From an uncultured Gemmataceae bacterium (lineage in GTDB: Bacteria; Planctomycetota; Planctomycetia; Gemmatales; Gemmataceae), in contig CAVVPN010000003.1 of assembly GCA_963750165.1 (NCBI GenBank), positions 2,528,001 to 2,592,000 of the forward strand: 64,000 nucleotides of DNA. The letters run 5' to 3'. The notes beneath the pieces were generated by a model that worked only from the letters and a program-made list of their open reading frames with translations, was not told the DNA's origin and ran no database searches. Positions 10,801 through 25,800 of this stretch are shown in pieces; position 1 is the first letter of the stretch; each line of letters opens with the position of its first letter. The translations under genes and the position numbers were made by a program.

Positions 10801-13800
10801 ACCAACTTCGCCGCCGGCTCGCTAACGGTCAACGGTCTCGGCACCCTCGGCACCAGTGCCGTGACCATCGACCAGGGCGGCCAGCTGACGCTCGACAACA
10901 CCGCCATCAATCAGCAGCGTTTCACCAATGCCACGGCCCCGAACCTCACGTTCAACACCGGCAGTTTCACGTACCTGGCGAACAACAGCGCGGGCACCAG
11001 TTCGGCCGAGACGGTGGGGACGGTCACGCTCAACAGCGGTCAGTCGGTCATCAACGCCGGCTACGCCGCGGCGCCGGTGACGGGCGCCGGCGGCTCGACG
11101 TTCACGGTCAACACCCTGGTGCGCAACCTGGGCGCCACGGTCAACTTCGTCGGCGGCACGGGCAACGCTTCGCCGCTCGGCGTGGCGACCAACGGCGTGC
11201 TGAACCAGCTGCTCGTCAACAACGGCCTGACGGCGACCAACGGCACGGCGGGCACGTTCTCGGCAAACGGTTACCAGTATTTCGGCAACGGGGCGAGTGG
11301 TGTCGGCAACATCATCCCGTTCGCGGAGGTCAACGGCGGCGTCGCGTCCGACTTCGCCAGTTACTCGACCACCGGCGTCACGGCGTTCGCCAACTACATC
11401 GTCCAGACGTTCAGTGCAGCCACCGGCACCCTGACGGTGACCACGGCGAGCGACATCATCAAGGTAGTCGATGCCTTCACCGCGGCCGTGACGGTCACGG
11501 TGCCGAGTAACACGACCTTCGGCGCCCTGCTCGTCAGCATGCCGACCACCGCCGCCGGCACGCTGCTCTTCACCTGGGCCAGCGGCAGTACGGTGACCAT
11601 CGCCAGCGGGGCCTACGTCTCGACCGGCAACAACACCGCGAACAACATCACCTTCGGCGTCTCGGGGGCCCAGTGGGTGCTCCCCGCCGCCGCGGCCCCC
11701 TTCACCGGCGAGACGATCGTCTTCGCGGACAAGGGCACCACCAGCAACCGCTTCGACGCCACCATCGTCGGCAGCGGCAGTCTGGTCGTCGGCGGCGCAG
11801 GCGCCTTCGCCTTCGACCAGCAGGCCGCCGGCTCCAACTACAGCGGCGGCACGACGATCAACGCGAGTTCCAGTGTGTTCCTCATTACGGCGACTGCCAA
11901 CTTCGGAACCGGTCCGGTCACGATCAATGGTGGTGCGTTTGCGCCGACTTCGCCGGTAATTTCGTGATTTCCAACCCCGTCAACCTGAACGGCTACGTCA
12001 CGCTCACCAACAACGCGGCCGGCGCGAACGGCGTCTTCACCGGCCCGGTGACGCTGACCGGCAATACCGTCCTCAACACCCTGAACCCGGGCACCGCCGG
12101 CGCCATCCTCTTCAACAGCCCCATCACCGGCAGCAACGCCCTGATCCTGGCCAGCACCGGCGCCAACGAGCCGCTCAACTTCAACAACGCCAACACCTAC
12201 ACGGGCGGCACCTACCTCGTCGGCGGCACCCTGTTGGTCAACAACAATGGCGCACTCGGCACCGGAGCTGTGACCTTCGCCGGCGGCACCCTCGCCGCGC
12301 TGTCCGACCTCACCAACATCGCCAACACCGTCAACCTGCCAAACGCGACCGGAGTCATCGGCGGCAGCAACAACCTCAACTTCACGGGCACGGTCAACCT
12401 GCTGGGCACCGGCACCCTGGCCGTGACCAACACCGGCCTGACGACCGTCTCCGGTACGATCACCGACGGCGGTACGGCCAACACCGCTGGCGTTCTGGCC
12501 ACCGCGGGCAGCACCGGCACGCTGAAGCTGACGGGCACCAACACCTACAGCGGTGGCAGTTCACTCAGCGCCGGCACCGTCATCCTCGGCGGCAGCAATG
12601 TGCTGGGCACCGGCCCTGCGGTCCTCAGCGGCGGCACGCTGATCGGGACGACGCCGCTCACAATCGGCAACGCCCTGGTCCTGACCGGCAATTTCACCGT
12701 GACGGGCAGCAACGCCCTGACCTTCACTGGCGTGACCACCCTCGGCGCCAACGTCACCATGACCGCGAACAACGCCACCACCCTCGGCGGCCTGATCGGC
12801 GAGACGGGCGGCTCCCGGTCGCTGACACAGGCCGGTTTCGGCACGTTGGTGCTGACCGATCCGGCGAACTATTTCTCGGGCGGCGCCACGCTGAACGGGG
12901 CGACCGTGTCGCTCGGCACCTTGGTCGTCGGCAGCCCCACCGCCCTGGGCACGGGCACGCTGACACTGACCAACGGCATCGTTCAGGCCGGCGGCGTGTT
13001 CGCCATCCCGAACGCCGTGAATCTCAACGGCGGCCTGGTCACCTTCGCCGGCGCCAACCCGCTGGTCTTCAACGGTGCCACGAGCCTGGCGGCCGGCACG
13101 ACCACGCTGCTGGCCAACACTCCAGCGACGTTCAACGGCGTCATCAGCGGCACCAACGCCCTGGCCCTGGCCGGCGGCAACGTGACGCTGACCGCGGCCA
13201 ACACCTACACGGGCGCCACCAGTGTCAGCGGCGGCACTCTCACCCTGAGCGGCGGCGGCACCCTGGCCGTGACACCGATCGCCCTCAACCAGGGCGGCAC
13301 CCTCACCCTGGACAACACCGGCACCAACAACCCCAACCGCATCGCCGACGCCGCCGCGCTCACCCTCAACGGCGGCACCCTCAACTACCTGGGCAACGCC
13401 GCCGCCGCCTCGACCGAGACTCTCGGAGCCATCACCCTGGGCGCCGGCAACTCCACCATCACCACGACCCCGGGCGGCACCCAGAGTGTCACCCTGACCC
13501 TCACCAGCCTGGCACGGGCGGCGGGCTCGGGCGGCTTCGTCAACTTCACCGGCACCGGCCTGGGCACCGCCAGCAACCAGGTGCTGTTCACCACCGCCCC
13601 GACACTGACCGGCACAGCTCAGCCCGGCGGCACCGGCCTGCTGCCCTACGCCCAGGTCAACGGCAGTGACTTCGCCACCGTCGGCAGCAACGGCGTCACG
13701 GCCTACAGCGGCACCGGCAGCGCCTACGCCCCGACGGTCAGCGGCGCCGCCCCGGGGGCCAACGTTCTCATCAACGCCGCGACCAACGCCAGTGACACCG

Positions 13801-16800
13801 TCACGACGAGCGAGACCATCAATGCGCTGACCCTGCAAGGGGACGTGACGCTGACCATCAACCCGGGCGTGACGCTGACCATCACCAGTGGCGACCTGTT
13901 CGTGAGCGGCACCACCAACGGCGTGACGATCACGGGCGGTGGCACACTGGCCCTGGGCGAGGCCGTCATCACCACCGCGGCCGGCTCGGCGGTGACGATC
14001 AACACACCCGTGAGCGGCACGAACCTGACACTGGCGGGCGGCGGCACCGTCAACCTGCCGGTGGGCAACACCTTTGGGGCGGGGGGCACCACCCTGGCCG
14101 GCAGTACCCTCAACCTGGGCACCACGATGGCGCTCGGCACCGGCACCCTGACCCTGGTGAGCGGCACCCTGACGGCGACCCCGGCCAACGGTCTGCTCTT
14201 GAGCAACGCCGTGATCCTGAGCAACAGCACCGTCACCCTCGGCGGCAGCAACCCGCTGCTGTTCTCCGGCGCCGTCGCGCTGAACGGCACCAACGACACG
14301 CTGAACGTCACCAATTCCGCCTTGACGGACTTCAACGGAGTGATTTCCGGCGCCGCGATCCTGACCAAGCTGGGCACGGGCACCCTGGTGCTGTCAGGGA
14401 ACAACACCTACACGGGCCTTACCGAGTTGAACCAGGGCATCATCCAGGTGCAGGGCAACAACGCCCTCGGCAGTGCCACCGCCACCGTGGTGGCGAGCGG
14501 GGCGAGTGTGCAGGTGCTGGCCTCGGGCCTGACCGTGGGCGAGGCACTCATCCTCAACGGCACCGGCCCGGACGGCACCGGCGCCCTGCGCAACCTTGCG
14601 GGCGGCAACAACACCTGGTCGGGCGGTATCACTCTGACCACCGCCAGCGCCATCGGTGCCGACCCCGGCACGGCACTGACCCAGAGCGGCGCCGTTGGTG
14701 GGATCGGCGATTTGACCAAGGTCGGTCTCGGCACGTTGAACCTGACCGCGGCCAACACCTACACCGGCCAGACCAACATCGACGGTGGCGTGGTCAGCGT
14801 TCAGAACGCCACCGCGCTGGGCCAGCTCACCGGCGGCGTGGTCGTCAACACCGGCAACGTCCAGACACTGACCTTCAGCGGCAGCCCCACGGGCGGCACG
14901 TTCACGCTGTCCTTCGGCGGCGCCAGCACCGGCCCCATCACCTACAGCACCAACACTGCCACGCTCCAGGTCAACATCGCCGCCGCCCTGGCCGCCGTCC
15001 CGGCCATCGGCTCGGCCGCCAACGTCGCCGTCAGCGGCAACGCCACTACCGTGACTGTGACCTTCCAGGGCACGCTGGCCGGCAGTTCGCAGCCGACCCT
15101 GGCCGTCACCGCCAACGCCCTGACCGGCGGCACTAGCCCGGCCATCGCCGTCAACGCCCCGGGCGCCACGCTCCAGCTCACGGCCACCGTGGCTGGCAAG
15201 TTGCTGACGCTCAACGGGACAGGCTTCGGCATGGTGGGGGCGCTGCCGCAGGGGGCCCTGGTCAACCAGGCCAACAACAACACCTGGACGGGTGATGTGA
15301 CGCTGACCGGCACCGTCGCCGCCGGAACCAACACGGCGGTGGGCGCCGCCAGTGCTACCACGCTGACGCTGAGCGGCATCGTGAGCGGCACCGACCTGGT
15401 GAAGGTGGGCGCCGGCGCCGTGACGCTGCTGGACGCCAACACCTACACCGGTGCCACCGTGGTCAACGCCGGCACCCTGACCCTGTCCAACACCAACGTC
15501 TACAGCGGCGCCACCACGGTCAGCGGCGCCTCGGTCGGCGGCAGTTTCGCGGGCGGCACCCTGATCCTGAACCTCTACGGCACCGCCCTCAACTCCAGCA
15601 GCTTCACCGTCAACCCAGGCAGCACGCTGACGCTCGACAACACCTTGTACAACGTCGCCGACGACGGCACCACCAGCTTCGGCCGCCTCGGCAACGCCGC
15701 GCCCGTGACGCTGATGGGCGGCACTCTCAACTTCCTGGCCGCCAACTTCCTCAACACCGCCACCGCGGAAACGGTCGGGGCCCTGAACCTGACCGGCGGT
15801 CAATCCACCATCCAGGCGGGCTATGGGACGGCAGCGCTGCTGACGGGCGTCAGCTCGAACCTGACCTTCACGAGTCTGACGCGCAGTGCCGGGGCCACGC
15901 TCAACTTCGTCGCCAACAACGCCGCCCTGGGCACGGGCACCACCAACCAGGTCGTCTTCACGACCGCGCCGACACTGGACAACAGCATCCTGCCCTACGC
16001 GACCATTGGCGGCACCGACTGGGCGACCACCGGCGCCAACGGCATCGCCACCTTCGCGGGCTACGTGGCCATGCCGAGCCCCGGCACCGGGACGGAGAAC
16101 GTCGCCTTGACGGCGGCGACCACGGTGTCGGTCAACACCACGATCAATTCGCTCAAGTTGAACGGCTTCGCCCTGACCATCAACGCTGGCGTCACACTGA
16201 CGATCAACACCACGGCCGGCTTCGGCGGCGGCCTCCTGGGCGGCAACACCATCAACGGTCCCGGCACGCTCACCTTCGGCGGCAGCCACGAAGGCATCGT
16301 CCTGACCAACACGGGCGCCACCACGACCGCGGCCACCAGCCTCGTCATCGCCGGGGCCACCACTGGTCTGACCGTTGGCGGCGGCGGGGGCGGCGGCACG
16401 CTGGCCCTGGGGACCACTGTCAACACCTATGGCAGTGGCACTACCCTCAACGCCGGCACTCTGAGCGTGTCGGCCAACAGCAACCTCGGCACCGGCACCC
16501 TGGTCCTCACCGGCGGCACCCTGAGCGGCGCCACCACGGTCGCGCTCGGCAACGCCACGACGATCAACGGCCCCGTCACGTTCACGTCCGCCGCGGCCAC
16601 GACGCCGCTGACACTCGCCGGCCCCGTCACCCTGGCGGCGGGCAACGCCGTCACGGTCAACACGGCTCCTGTGCTGTTCACGGGCACCCTGGCCGGCGCC
16701 TCCCTGGTCGTGGCCGGCGGCAACAATGCCCTGCAACTCAACGGCAACAACACCGGCTACAGCGCCCCGACCTTGCTGGCCGGCGGCACGCTGACGGTGG

Positions 16801-19800
16801 GCAACGCCAACGCCCTGGGCACCGGCGCGCTGATTTTCGCCGGCACCGCGGCCAACCCAGGCACGCTGACTGCCGCCTTCAAGGTGACCCTCAACAACAC
16901 CATCGTCGTGCCCAACACCACGGCCACCTTCGGCGGCGCCACCAACTTCACCCTGGGCGGCAACGTCGTCCTGATGGGCAACAGTGTCCTGGCCGTGACC
17001 AACACCGGATTAACCACCCTCTCGGGGTTCATCAGCGGCAATGGCGACCTGAACACCGCGGGCACTTCCGGGCCGGGCGGCCTGCTGCTGACGGGCACGG
17101 CCAACAGCTACACCGGCGGCACCTACGTCACCGCGGGCAACCTTTTCGCCGCCAACGCCAGCGTCTTCGGCAGTGGTCCCGTGGTCCTGAACGGCGGCAC
17201 CTTGCTGGCCAGCAGCGGCCCGCTGACCATCGCCAACCCGCTGCTGCTTTCCGCGAGCAGCACCATCACCGGCAGCAACCTGGTCACCTTCGGCGGCGTG
17301 ACGACGATCCTGGCCCCGATGACGCTGACCGCGAACAATGCCACAACGCTGAGCGGCATCATCGGCGAGAGCGGCGCCAGCAGCGCGGCGCGGACGCTCA
17401 CGGTCGCCGGTCTGGGTTCGGTGACGCTGGGCAACGCCAACAACTTCTTCACCGGCGGCGTCACCCTCAACGCCGCGGTGGCCAACGCGCCCACGGGCAG
17501 CCTGATCGTCGGCAGCGTCACCGCCCTCGGCACCGGCACCCTGACCCTGACCGCCGGCACCCTGCAAGCGGCGGCCTTTGCGATTGCCAACCCCGTGGCA
17601 CTCAACGGCGCCGCCGGCAGCCTGGTGGTCTTCGGCGGCAGCAACCCGATCACGTTCAGCGGGACGGGCACCTTCACGAACAGCCCAACAGTCCGGGCGG
17701 ACGCGGCAACGACCTTTAATGGCGTCCTGAGCGGCGCCGGCACTCCGGCCCTGCTCGGCGGCAGTCTGACCTTCACCGCGGCCAACACCTACACGGGCGC
17801 CACCAGTGTCAGCGGCGGCACTCTCACCCTGAGCGGCGGCGGCACCCTGGCCGTGACACCGATCACCCTCAACCAGGGCGGCACCCTCACCCTGGACAAC
17901 ACCGGCACCAACAACCCCAACCGTATCGCCGACGCCGCCGCGCTCACCCTCAACGGCGGCACCCTCAACTACCTGGGCAACGCCGCCGCCGCCTCGACCG
18001 AGACTCTCGGAGCCATCACCCTGGGCGCCGGCAACTCCACCATCACCACGACCCCGGGCGGCACCCAGAGTGTCACCCTGACCCTCACCAGCCTGGCACG
18101 GGCGGCGGGCTCGGGCGGCTTCGTCAACTTCACCGGCACCGGCCTGGGCACCGCCAGCAACCAGGTGCTGTTCACCACCGCCCCGACACTGACCGGCACG
18201 GCTCAGCCCGGCGGCACCGGCCTGCTGCCCTACGCCCAGGTCAACGGCAGTGACTTCGCCACCGTCGGCAGCAACGGCGTCACGGCCTACAGCGGCACCG
18301 GCACCGCCTACGCCCCGACTGTCAGTGGCGCCGCCCCGGGGGCCAACGTCCTCATCAACGCCGCGACCAACGCCAGCGACACGGTCACGACGAGCAAGAC
18401 CATCAACGCGCTGACCCTGCAAGGGGACGTGACGCTGACCATCAACCCGGGCGTGACGCTGACCATCACCAGTGGCGACCTGTTCGTGACCGGCACCACC
18501 AACGGCGTCACGATCACGGGTGGCGGCACCCTGGCCCTGGGCGAGGCCGTCATCACCACCGCGGCCGGCTCGGCGGTCACGATCAACACGCCCATGACCG
18601 GCAGCAACCTGACCCTGGCCGGATCCGGGACGGTCAATCTGCCGGCGGCCAACGCCTTTGCCGCGGGACAGACGGCCCTGGCGGGCGCGACCCTCAACCT
18701 GGGCACCACGGCGGCCCTCGGCACCGGCACCCTGACGCTGGTGAGCGGCACCCTGACGACGACTCTGGCCAGCGGCCTGTTGTTGACCAACGCCGTGACC
18801 CTGAGCAACAGCACCGTCACCCTCGGCGGCAGCAACCCGCTGCTGTTCTCCGGCGCCGTCACGTTGAACGGCACCAACGACACTCTGAACGTCACCAACA
18901 CGGCGACCACCGTGCTCGATGGCGTGGTTTTCGGCGCGGCCAACCTGACCAAGATGGGCGCCGGCACTCTGGTGTTGTCCAACAACGCCAGCACCTACAC
19001 CGGCCTGACCTTCGTCAACGCGGGCAACGTTCAGGTGCAGGGCGCCGCGGCGCTGGGCGGCGCCGGCGGCGCTACCGTGGTGGCCGCGGGCGCCGGCGTG
19101 CAGGTACTCGGCTCCGGCCTGACGATCGCCGAGTCGATCATCCTCAACGGCGCCGGCACCGACGGCAGCGGCGCCCTGCGTCTGCTGGGCGCCGGCAACA
19201 ATGCCGTCACGTGGACCGGCGGCATCACCCTGAATACCAACAGCGCGATCGGCGCCGACGCCGGCACCACCCTCACTCTGATGACGGGCGCCGTCGGCGG
19301 CCTGGGGAGTCTCACCAAGGTGGGCGTCGGCACCCTGGTCCTGAACAGTGCCAGCACTTACACGGGCCAGACCAACGTGAACGCGGGCGTGGTGAATGTC
19401 CAGAACGCCGCGGGTCTCGGTTTGGTCAGTGGCGGCGTGGTCGTCGGCAGCGGCGCCACGCTCCAGCTCCAGACCAGCGTGGCCGCCAAGGCCCTCACAC
19501 TGAACGGCGCGGGGTTCGGCAACAGCGGTGCCCTGCCGCAAGGCGCCCTGGTCAACCAGGCCAACAACAACACCTTCGGCGGCGACATCACCCTGACCGG
19601 CTCGGTCGGCCTGACGGGCGGCACCATCCCGCTGCTCTCGGCCGCCAGCACGGGCACGCTCATCGGCGGCGTCACCGGCACCACGCTGACCCTGACCGGC
19701 TCGGTCGGCGGCACCGATCTGACCAAGGTGGGTGCCGGCGCCGTCACGTTGACCGCGGCCAACACCTATACCGGCAACACCACGGTCCTCGGCGGCACGC

Positions 19801-22800
19801 TGACACTGTCCAACACCAACGCCAACACCGGGACCACGGTGGTCAGCGGCGCCGCGGTCGGCAGCGCCTTCACCGCCGGCACTCTCGTGCTCAACCTCTT
19901 CGGGACCACCGCGACCAGCACGGTCACCATCGACCAAAGCGGCACACTGACCCTCGACAACACCGGTGTCAACGTCTCTGGCCGCTTCAGCAACGCCACG
20001 AAGCCGAGCTTGACGTTCAACAGCGGCGCCCTCAACTTCCTGGCCAACGACGTGACCGGGACCGCTTCGAGCGAGACTGTCGGCACCGTCACTCTGGCCA
20101 CTGGCCAGTCCGTCATCACCGCTGGGTTCGCGGGTGTGACGTTCACGGGCGCCACCTCCGTGCTGACCGCCGCCGCCCTGTCCCGCACCTCGGGGGCCAC
20201 GGTCAACTTCTTCGGCGGCGTCGGCAACCTGACGCCGCTGGGCACCGCCAGCAACAAACTCGTCTTCACCGCCGCCCCAACGACGGTGGGCAACGGTGGT
20301 GGCATCCTGTCCTACGCCGAGGTCAACGGCGGCGCCGGCACCGGCGACTTCGCCACCTACGGCGCCAACGGCGTGGCCGCCTACACCAACTACGTCACCA
20401 GTCTCGCCACGGCGGGCGCGGGCGACATCGTGAAGATCACGGCCAACGCGACGGTGGCCGCCAACCAGACCATCGGGGCGTTGCTCATTGCCGGAACCGC
20501 CGGTATCACACTGACCATCAACCCTGGCGTCACTCTGTCCCTGGGCACCGGCGCGTTCATGACCGCCAACACTGGCGGCGGCAACAACATCGGGGTCGGC
20601 TTCAGCGCGAACATCTCGCAGGGCGCCCTCAACTTCGGCGCGGACGGGGTGTTCTTCGCGAACGGCACCGGCGGCAACAACATCGTGAGCACGGCCCTGC
20701 AGGGGACGGGCAACCTCGCCCTGTCCGGTTCCCCGGCGGCCTCGGGCGCCGTGGTCCTCAACACCGGCAGCAACACCAGCACACTCACCACGGTCAACTT
20801 CGTCCTGAACTCCGGGACGGTGAACACCGTGGCCAACGGCGTCGTCGTCGGCGCCAACTTCGGCACCGGCAGTCTGACACTTGTCGGCGGCACCCTGAAC
20901 AGCAGCAGCGGCACCTTCACCCTGGCTAACCCGCTGGTGCTCGCCGGCGCTGTCACCATCGGCACGACCGCGAACTTCATCTTCACCGGGCCGATCACCC
21001 TGGCGAGCAACGCCGTGGTCACCGCCAACAACACTGACTTCTTCAACGGCGTCATCGGCGAGACGGGCGGCCCGCGCACGCTGACGGTCCTCGGCACCGG
21101 CACGCTGACGCTGAACAACGCCAACACCTACACGGGCGGCACCATCCTGGCCGCCGCCGCCAACAGCGGCGTCCTGCAACTCGGCAATAACAACGCCCTG
21201 GGCAGCGGCACCCTGACTCTGGCCAGCGGCACGCTCAACACCAACAGCGCCGTCACACTGCCCAACGCCGTCCTGTTCCCCAACTCCTCGGTGTCGATCA
21301 CCAGCATCACCCAGGGCAACAACCTCACCTTCGCGGGCCCGACCACCCTGGTCGGCAGCAACACCCTTGGCCTCGGCCTGCTCGGCACCACCACCGCCCC
21401 GTTCTCGAGCGGCATGACCGCCTTCACGGGCGGCGTCAGCGGCACCGGCGCGCTCACGGTGAACGGCAACGGTATGCTGTCGTTGCCGACGGCCAACACC
21501 TTCACCGGCGGCCTGACCCTGAACGGCATCTCGAACACGCTATTCGCCCAGGGCGCCACGCCGGCCGGCAACGTGTTGACCCTGAGCGTCGGCAACAACA
21601 ACGCCGTGGGCACCGGGCCGTTGACGCTGTCGGCCGCCACCTTGACGAGCAGCACGGCGGTCACCCTCGGCAACGCCCTGCTGCTCACCAGTGTCGGGTT
21701 CACCGGGGCGACGACGGCGACCACGGCCACCATCACCGGCACCAGTGCGATCACCTTCACCGGCCCGTCTACTTTGTTGGCCAACACCACGCTCACGGTA
21801 AACGACACGGCCCCCGTGACGCTGGGAGGCGTCCTCGGCGAGAGTGGCGGCGCCCGTTCGCTGGCGGTCGCGGGGAGCGGCACCCTGGCACTCACCAGCG
21901 CCAATTATTACTCTGGCGGCACCACCCTGAGCCCGTTGAGCGGGCCGGGCGTGGCCGCCAGTTTCTTGAACCTGAGCGCCGCCCCGGCCACGACCACCGG
22001 CGTGACGCAGATCAACTTCAACGCGGCGCCGGTCTTCACGCGCCTGGACCCCAACGTCAACTACCCGACCGTCGCCGGCGGCCTGACGGGGCCCGGGACG
22101 GCTGGCAATCCGGCGGCCCTGCCCAGCGACGTGCAGATGACCAACGTGGCCGGGCAGTGGCTCGGCTACCTGAACATTGTCACGGGCGGCAGTTACACCT
22201 TCACCAACCTGAGCGACGACGCCAGCACGCTGTTCATCGACGGCGCCGCCGTGGTGACCAACACCACCAACACCACCGGCACCGGCACCGTGACGCTGGC
22301 CGCGGGGCTGCACCTGTTCCGGGTTATCTACTACAACGCCGCCGGCGGCGCCGCGCAGGTCATTAGCTACAACGGGCCCGACACCAACAGCGCCACGGTG
22401 GTCGTTCCCAGTTGGGGCACGGGCACGGGCGTGGCCAGCACGAACGCGGGCCTGCTGGCGATCCCGAGCGCCGCCGTCACCCTGAGCGCGGCCAATAACA
22501 ACGTCTTCGGCAGCGGCGGCTTGACGCTCAACGGCGGTGTCCTGCAGGCCACGACCGCCCTCACGCTCGGCAACGCGCTGACCATCGGCGGGACGCCCTT
22601 CGCGCCGCCGGCCTTCACCGGCAGCGCCATCACCTTCAGCAACACCGCCACGCTGGCGACCAACGCCGCCGTCTCGGTCAACAACACCACCACCTTCGCG
22701 GGCGTCGTCTCTGGAACCAACGGGCTTGCCCTGTCGAACGTGCCCGTGGTGGCCGGCGCCAGCGCGCTCACGGGCGGCGGCAACCTGATCCTCACCGCGG

Positions 22801-25800
22801 CCAACACCTACACGGGCGCTACCACCGTCAGCGCCGGCACTCTGACGCTGCGCGGCGACGGCACCCTGGCCTCGACCTCCGGCCTGACGCTCAACACCGG
22901 CGGCACACTGACGCTGGACAACAACGGCACCAACAACACCGACCGCGTCAACGACGCCGCCGCGGTCGCGCTCAACGGCGGCACCCTCAATTTCCTGGGT
23001 AACGCTGCCGCCCTCTCGACCGAGACGCTCGGCGCCCTCACCCTGACCGGCGGCGCCTCGGCGATCAACGCCGCCAACGGCGCCGGCCAGACCGCCCAGC
23101 TGACCTTCACCAACCTGACGCGCAACGCTGGCACGACGGTCACCTTCGGCAACGTGGTCGGCACCACCACCGGGGCCGCCCTGGGCAGCGCCGGCAACCA
23201 GATCGTCTTCGGCGGCGGGGCACCGCTAATCGGCACCGGCCAGCCGGGTGGCACCGGCCTGCTACCGTTCGCCACCGTCAACGGCTCGGACCCGGCCACC
23301 TATGGCACCAACGGTGTCGTCACCTACACCGGCACCGGCGCCGCCTACGCCCCCACGGTCAGCGGGGCCTTCGTCGGGGACAACGTCAACCTGACGGGCA
23401 ACAACACGGTCACGGCCAGCACGTACATCAACGCCTTGAAGGTCTCGGGCAACGCGACGCTGACCATCAACCCCGGCCAGGTCGTCAGCGTCGGCAGCGG
23501 CGGCATTGTCGTCGCCCCCGGCGGCAGCCTGACCGTTACTGGCGGCGGCACGCTCGACTTCAGCGGCGCGGAGGGCGTCATTCAGACGGCTCCTGGCACC
23601 AGCGCCACCATCAACGACACCATCACTGGCTTCAACGGCCTCACGGTCGGCGGCGGCGGCACCACGACCCTGGGCGCGGCCAACGTCTACATCGGCGCCA
23701 CGACCCTGGTTGGCGGCACCCTCGCGCTGGGCAACGTCAATGCCCTGCCGGCGGCGAGCGCCCTCAACCTCATCGGCGGCACCTTCCAGGCCAGCGGTGT
23801 CTACCCCGCCGGCACCACGCTCACCCTGGCCAACGCTGTCACCTTCACCAACAGCGCGGTCACCTTCGCCGGGACCATCCCGTTGATCTTCAGCGGCACG
23901 ATCACCCTCGCCGGCACCAGCGACCAGATCGCCGTCAGTGGTTCCGGCGGCGCCACGATCACCGGCCAGGTGACCGGCACCGCCAACCTGGTCAAGCAAG
24001 GGCCGGGCACGCTGACCCTGACCAGCACCGTCGGGGCTGCCAGTAACTTCGCGGGGCTGACGACGGTTGCCGGCGGCATCCTCAACGTCCAGAGCAGCAC
24101 CGCCCTGGGCAGCAGCCCCGGCGTGGTCGTGGCCGGCGGCGCCACGCTCCAGCTCCAGGCCAACCTGAACGTGGCCAACGGCTCGTCCTCTCCGGGCTTC
24201 ACCCTGAACCGGTCGCTGACCCTCAACGGCACCGGGACCAACGGCAACGGTGCCCTGGAAAGCGTGTTCGGCAACAACAGCGTGACCGGGAACATCAGCC
24301 TGAACTCCTCCACGACCATCAGCGTCGATGCCGGCACCCTGGCGCAGAACACCGGCGTCGTCTCCGGGGCGGGCGACGTGAAAAAGGTCGGCGGCGGCAC
24401 CCTGGCGATCAGTGCCAACAACACCTTCACCGGCCAGTTCAACATCAACAACGGCATCGTCCGGCTCGACGGTGGGCAGTTCGCCCTCGGCTCCATCGTG
24501 GGCGCCACGGTGGTGAACAGCGGCGCCACCCTCCAGCTCAACGCCAACGGCGGCATCTTCCAGGCGGAAACGGTTGTCCTCAACGGCACCGGCTTCGTCG
24601 GCGCCAATCTGGCCGGGGCCCTGGTCGCGCTCCAGACCAACACCTTGCAAGGCAACGTTGTCGTGAACCCGGGGGCGAGCATCGGCGTGGCAACCGGCAA
24701 CACCAGCGCCACCATCGGCGCCTCCGCGACCGGGGCCACCGAGTCGGGCAACACCGTGACGATCACGACCACGGCGGCGCACCCCTTCTCTCCCGGCCAG
24801 ACGGTCGTGATCGCTGGGGTAGGTGTGGCTGGCTACAATGGCACCTTCACCGTCGCCTCCGTCCCGTCCCCGACGACCTTCACCTACATCAATCCCACAA
24901 CGGCCCTGGCTGGTTCGGGAGGCGGGACGGCGACCGCAACTGGCATCGCCCTCACTCTGCCCGGCGGCGTCAGTGGCACAGGCGATTTGACCAAGGTCGG
25001 CGTCGGCACCCTGACCCTGTCGGCCGCCAACACTTACACCGGAAACACAGTCGTGAACGCCGGCACACTGACGCTGGTGGGCGCCGGCAGCGCCCTCAAC
25101 TCGGCCGGCTTCGTCGTCAACCCGGGTGCCACGCTGACGCTCGACAACAACGCCAACGGCTCCACCACCAGCGTCAACCTGGCCAACCGCATCGCCGGCA
25201 CCGCGGGCGTGACGCTCAACGCCGGCACCCTGAATTTCGTCGCCAATGCCGGCCAGGTCTCGGCGCCGGTGGCCACCGCCGAGACCGTCGGCACCCTCAC
25301 CCTTGGCCCCGGCCAGTCCACCATCCAGACCGGCTATACCGTCGCCCCGGCCTTCGGCTCGACCTCCGTGCTGACCTTCAGCAGCGTGGTCCGCTCCCAG
25401 GGTGGCACCGTTAGCTTCGTGGGCAACGGCGGCGGCGGCGCCGGCACCGGCCTGGACACCAGCTACAACCGCATCGCCTTCGCCACCGCCCCGACCACGG
25501 TCGGCAACAACGGCGGCGTCCTGCCCTACGCCACGGTGCAAACGCCCACGGTGACGACGCTCGACTTCGCCACCTACGACCCGGCCGCCAACAGCATCGC
25601 CGCCTTCAGCGCCTACGCCCCGTCGATTGCCGCGGCCGGTCCGGGCGACACCGTCAAGCTGGGCGCCAACGAGGTGCTGACCGGCAACGAGACCATCAAC
25701 GCCCTGCTGCTGGCTGGCGGTACGGTCGGCGAGGCGGCCTTCACCCTGACCGTCGCCAGCGGCGGCGTGGTAAACGCCCTCAACGGCGGCACCAGTAGCA

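Noticed and set aside
11673..11945. N-terminal ~90 aa of the 8910-aa ORF (and its out-of-frame tail 37785-38405)
   Set aside because: Arg-rich off-frame translation outside the indel points; not part of the real protein.
13191..18899. Near-identical duplicated blocks as a DGR template/variable repeat pair
   Set aside because: No reverse transcriptase in the window, both copies are coding and ~1 kb long, and differences are not adenine-specific.
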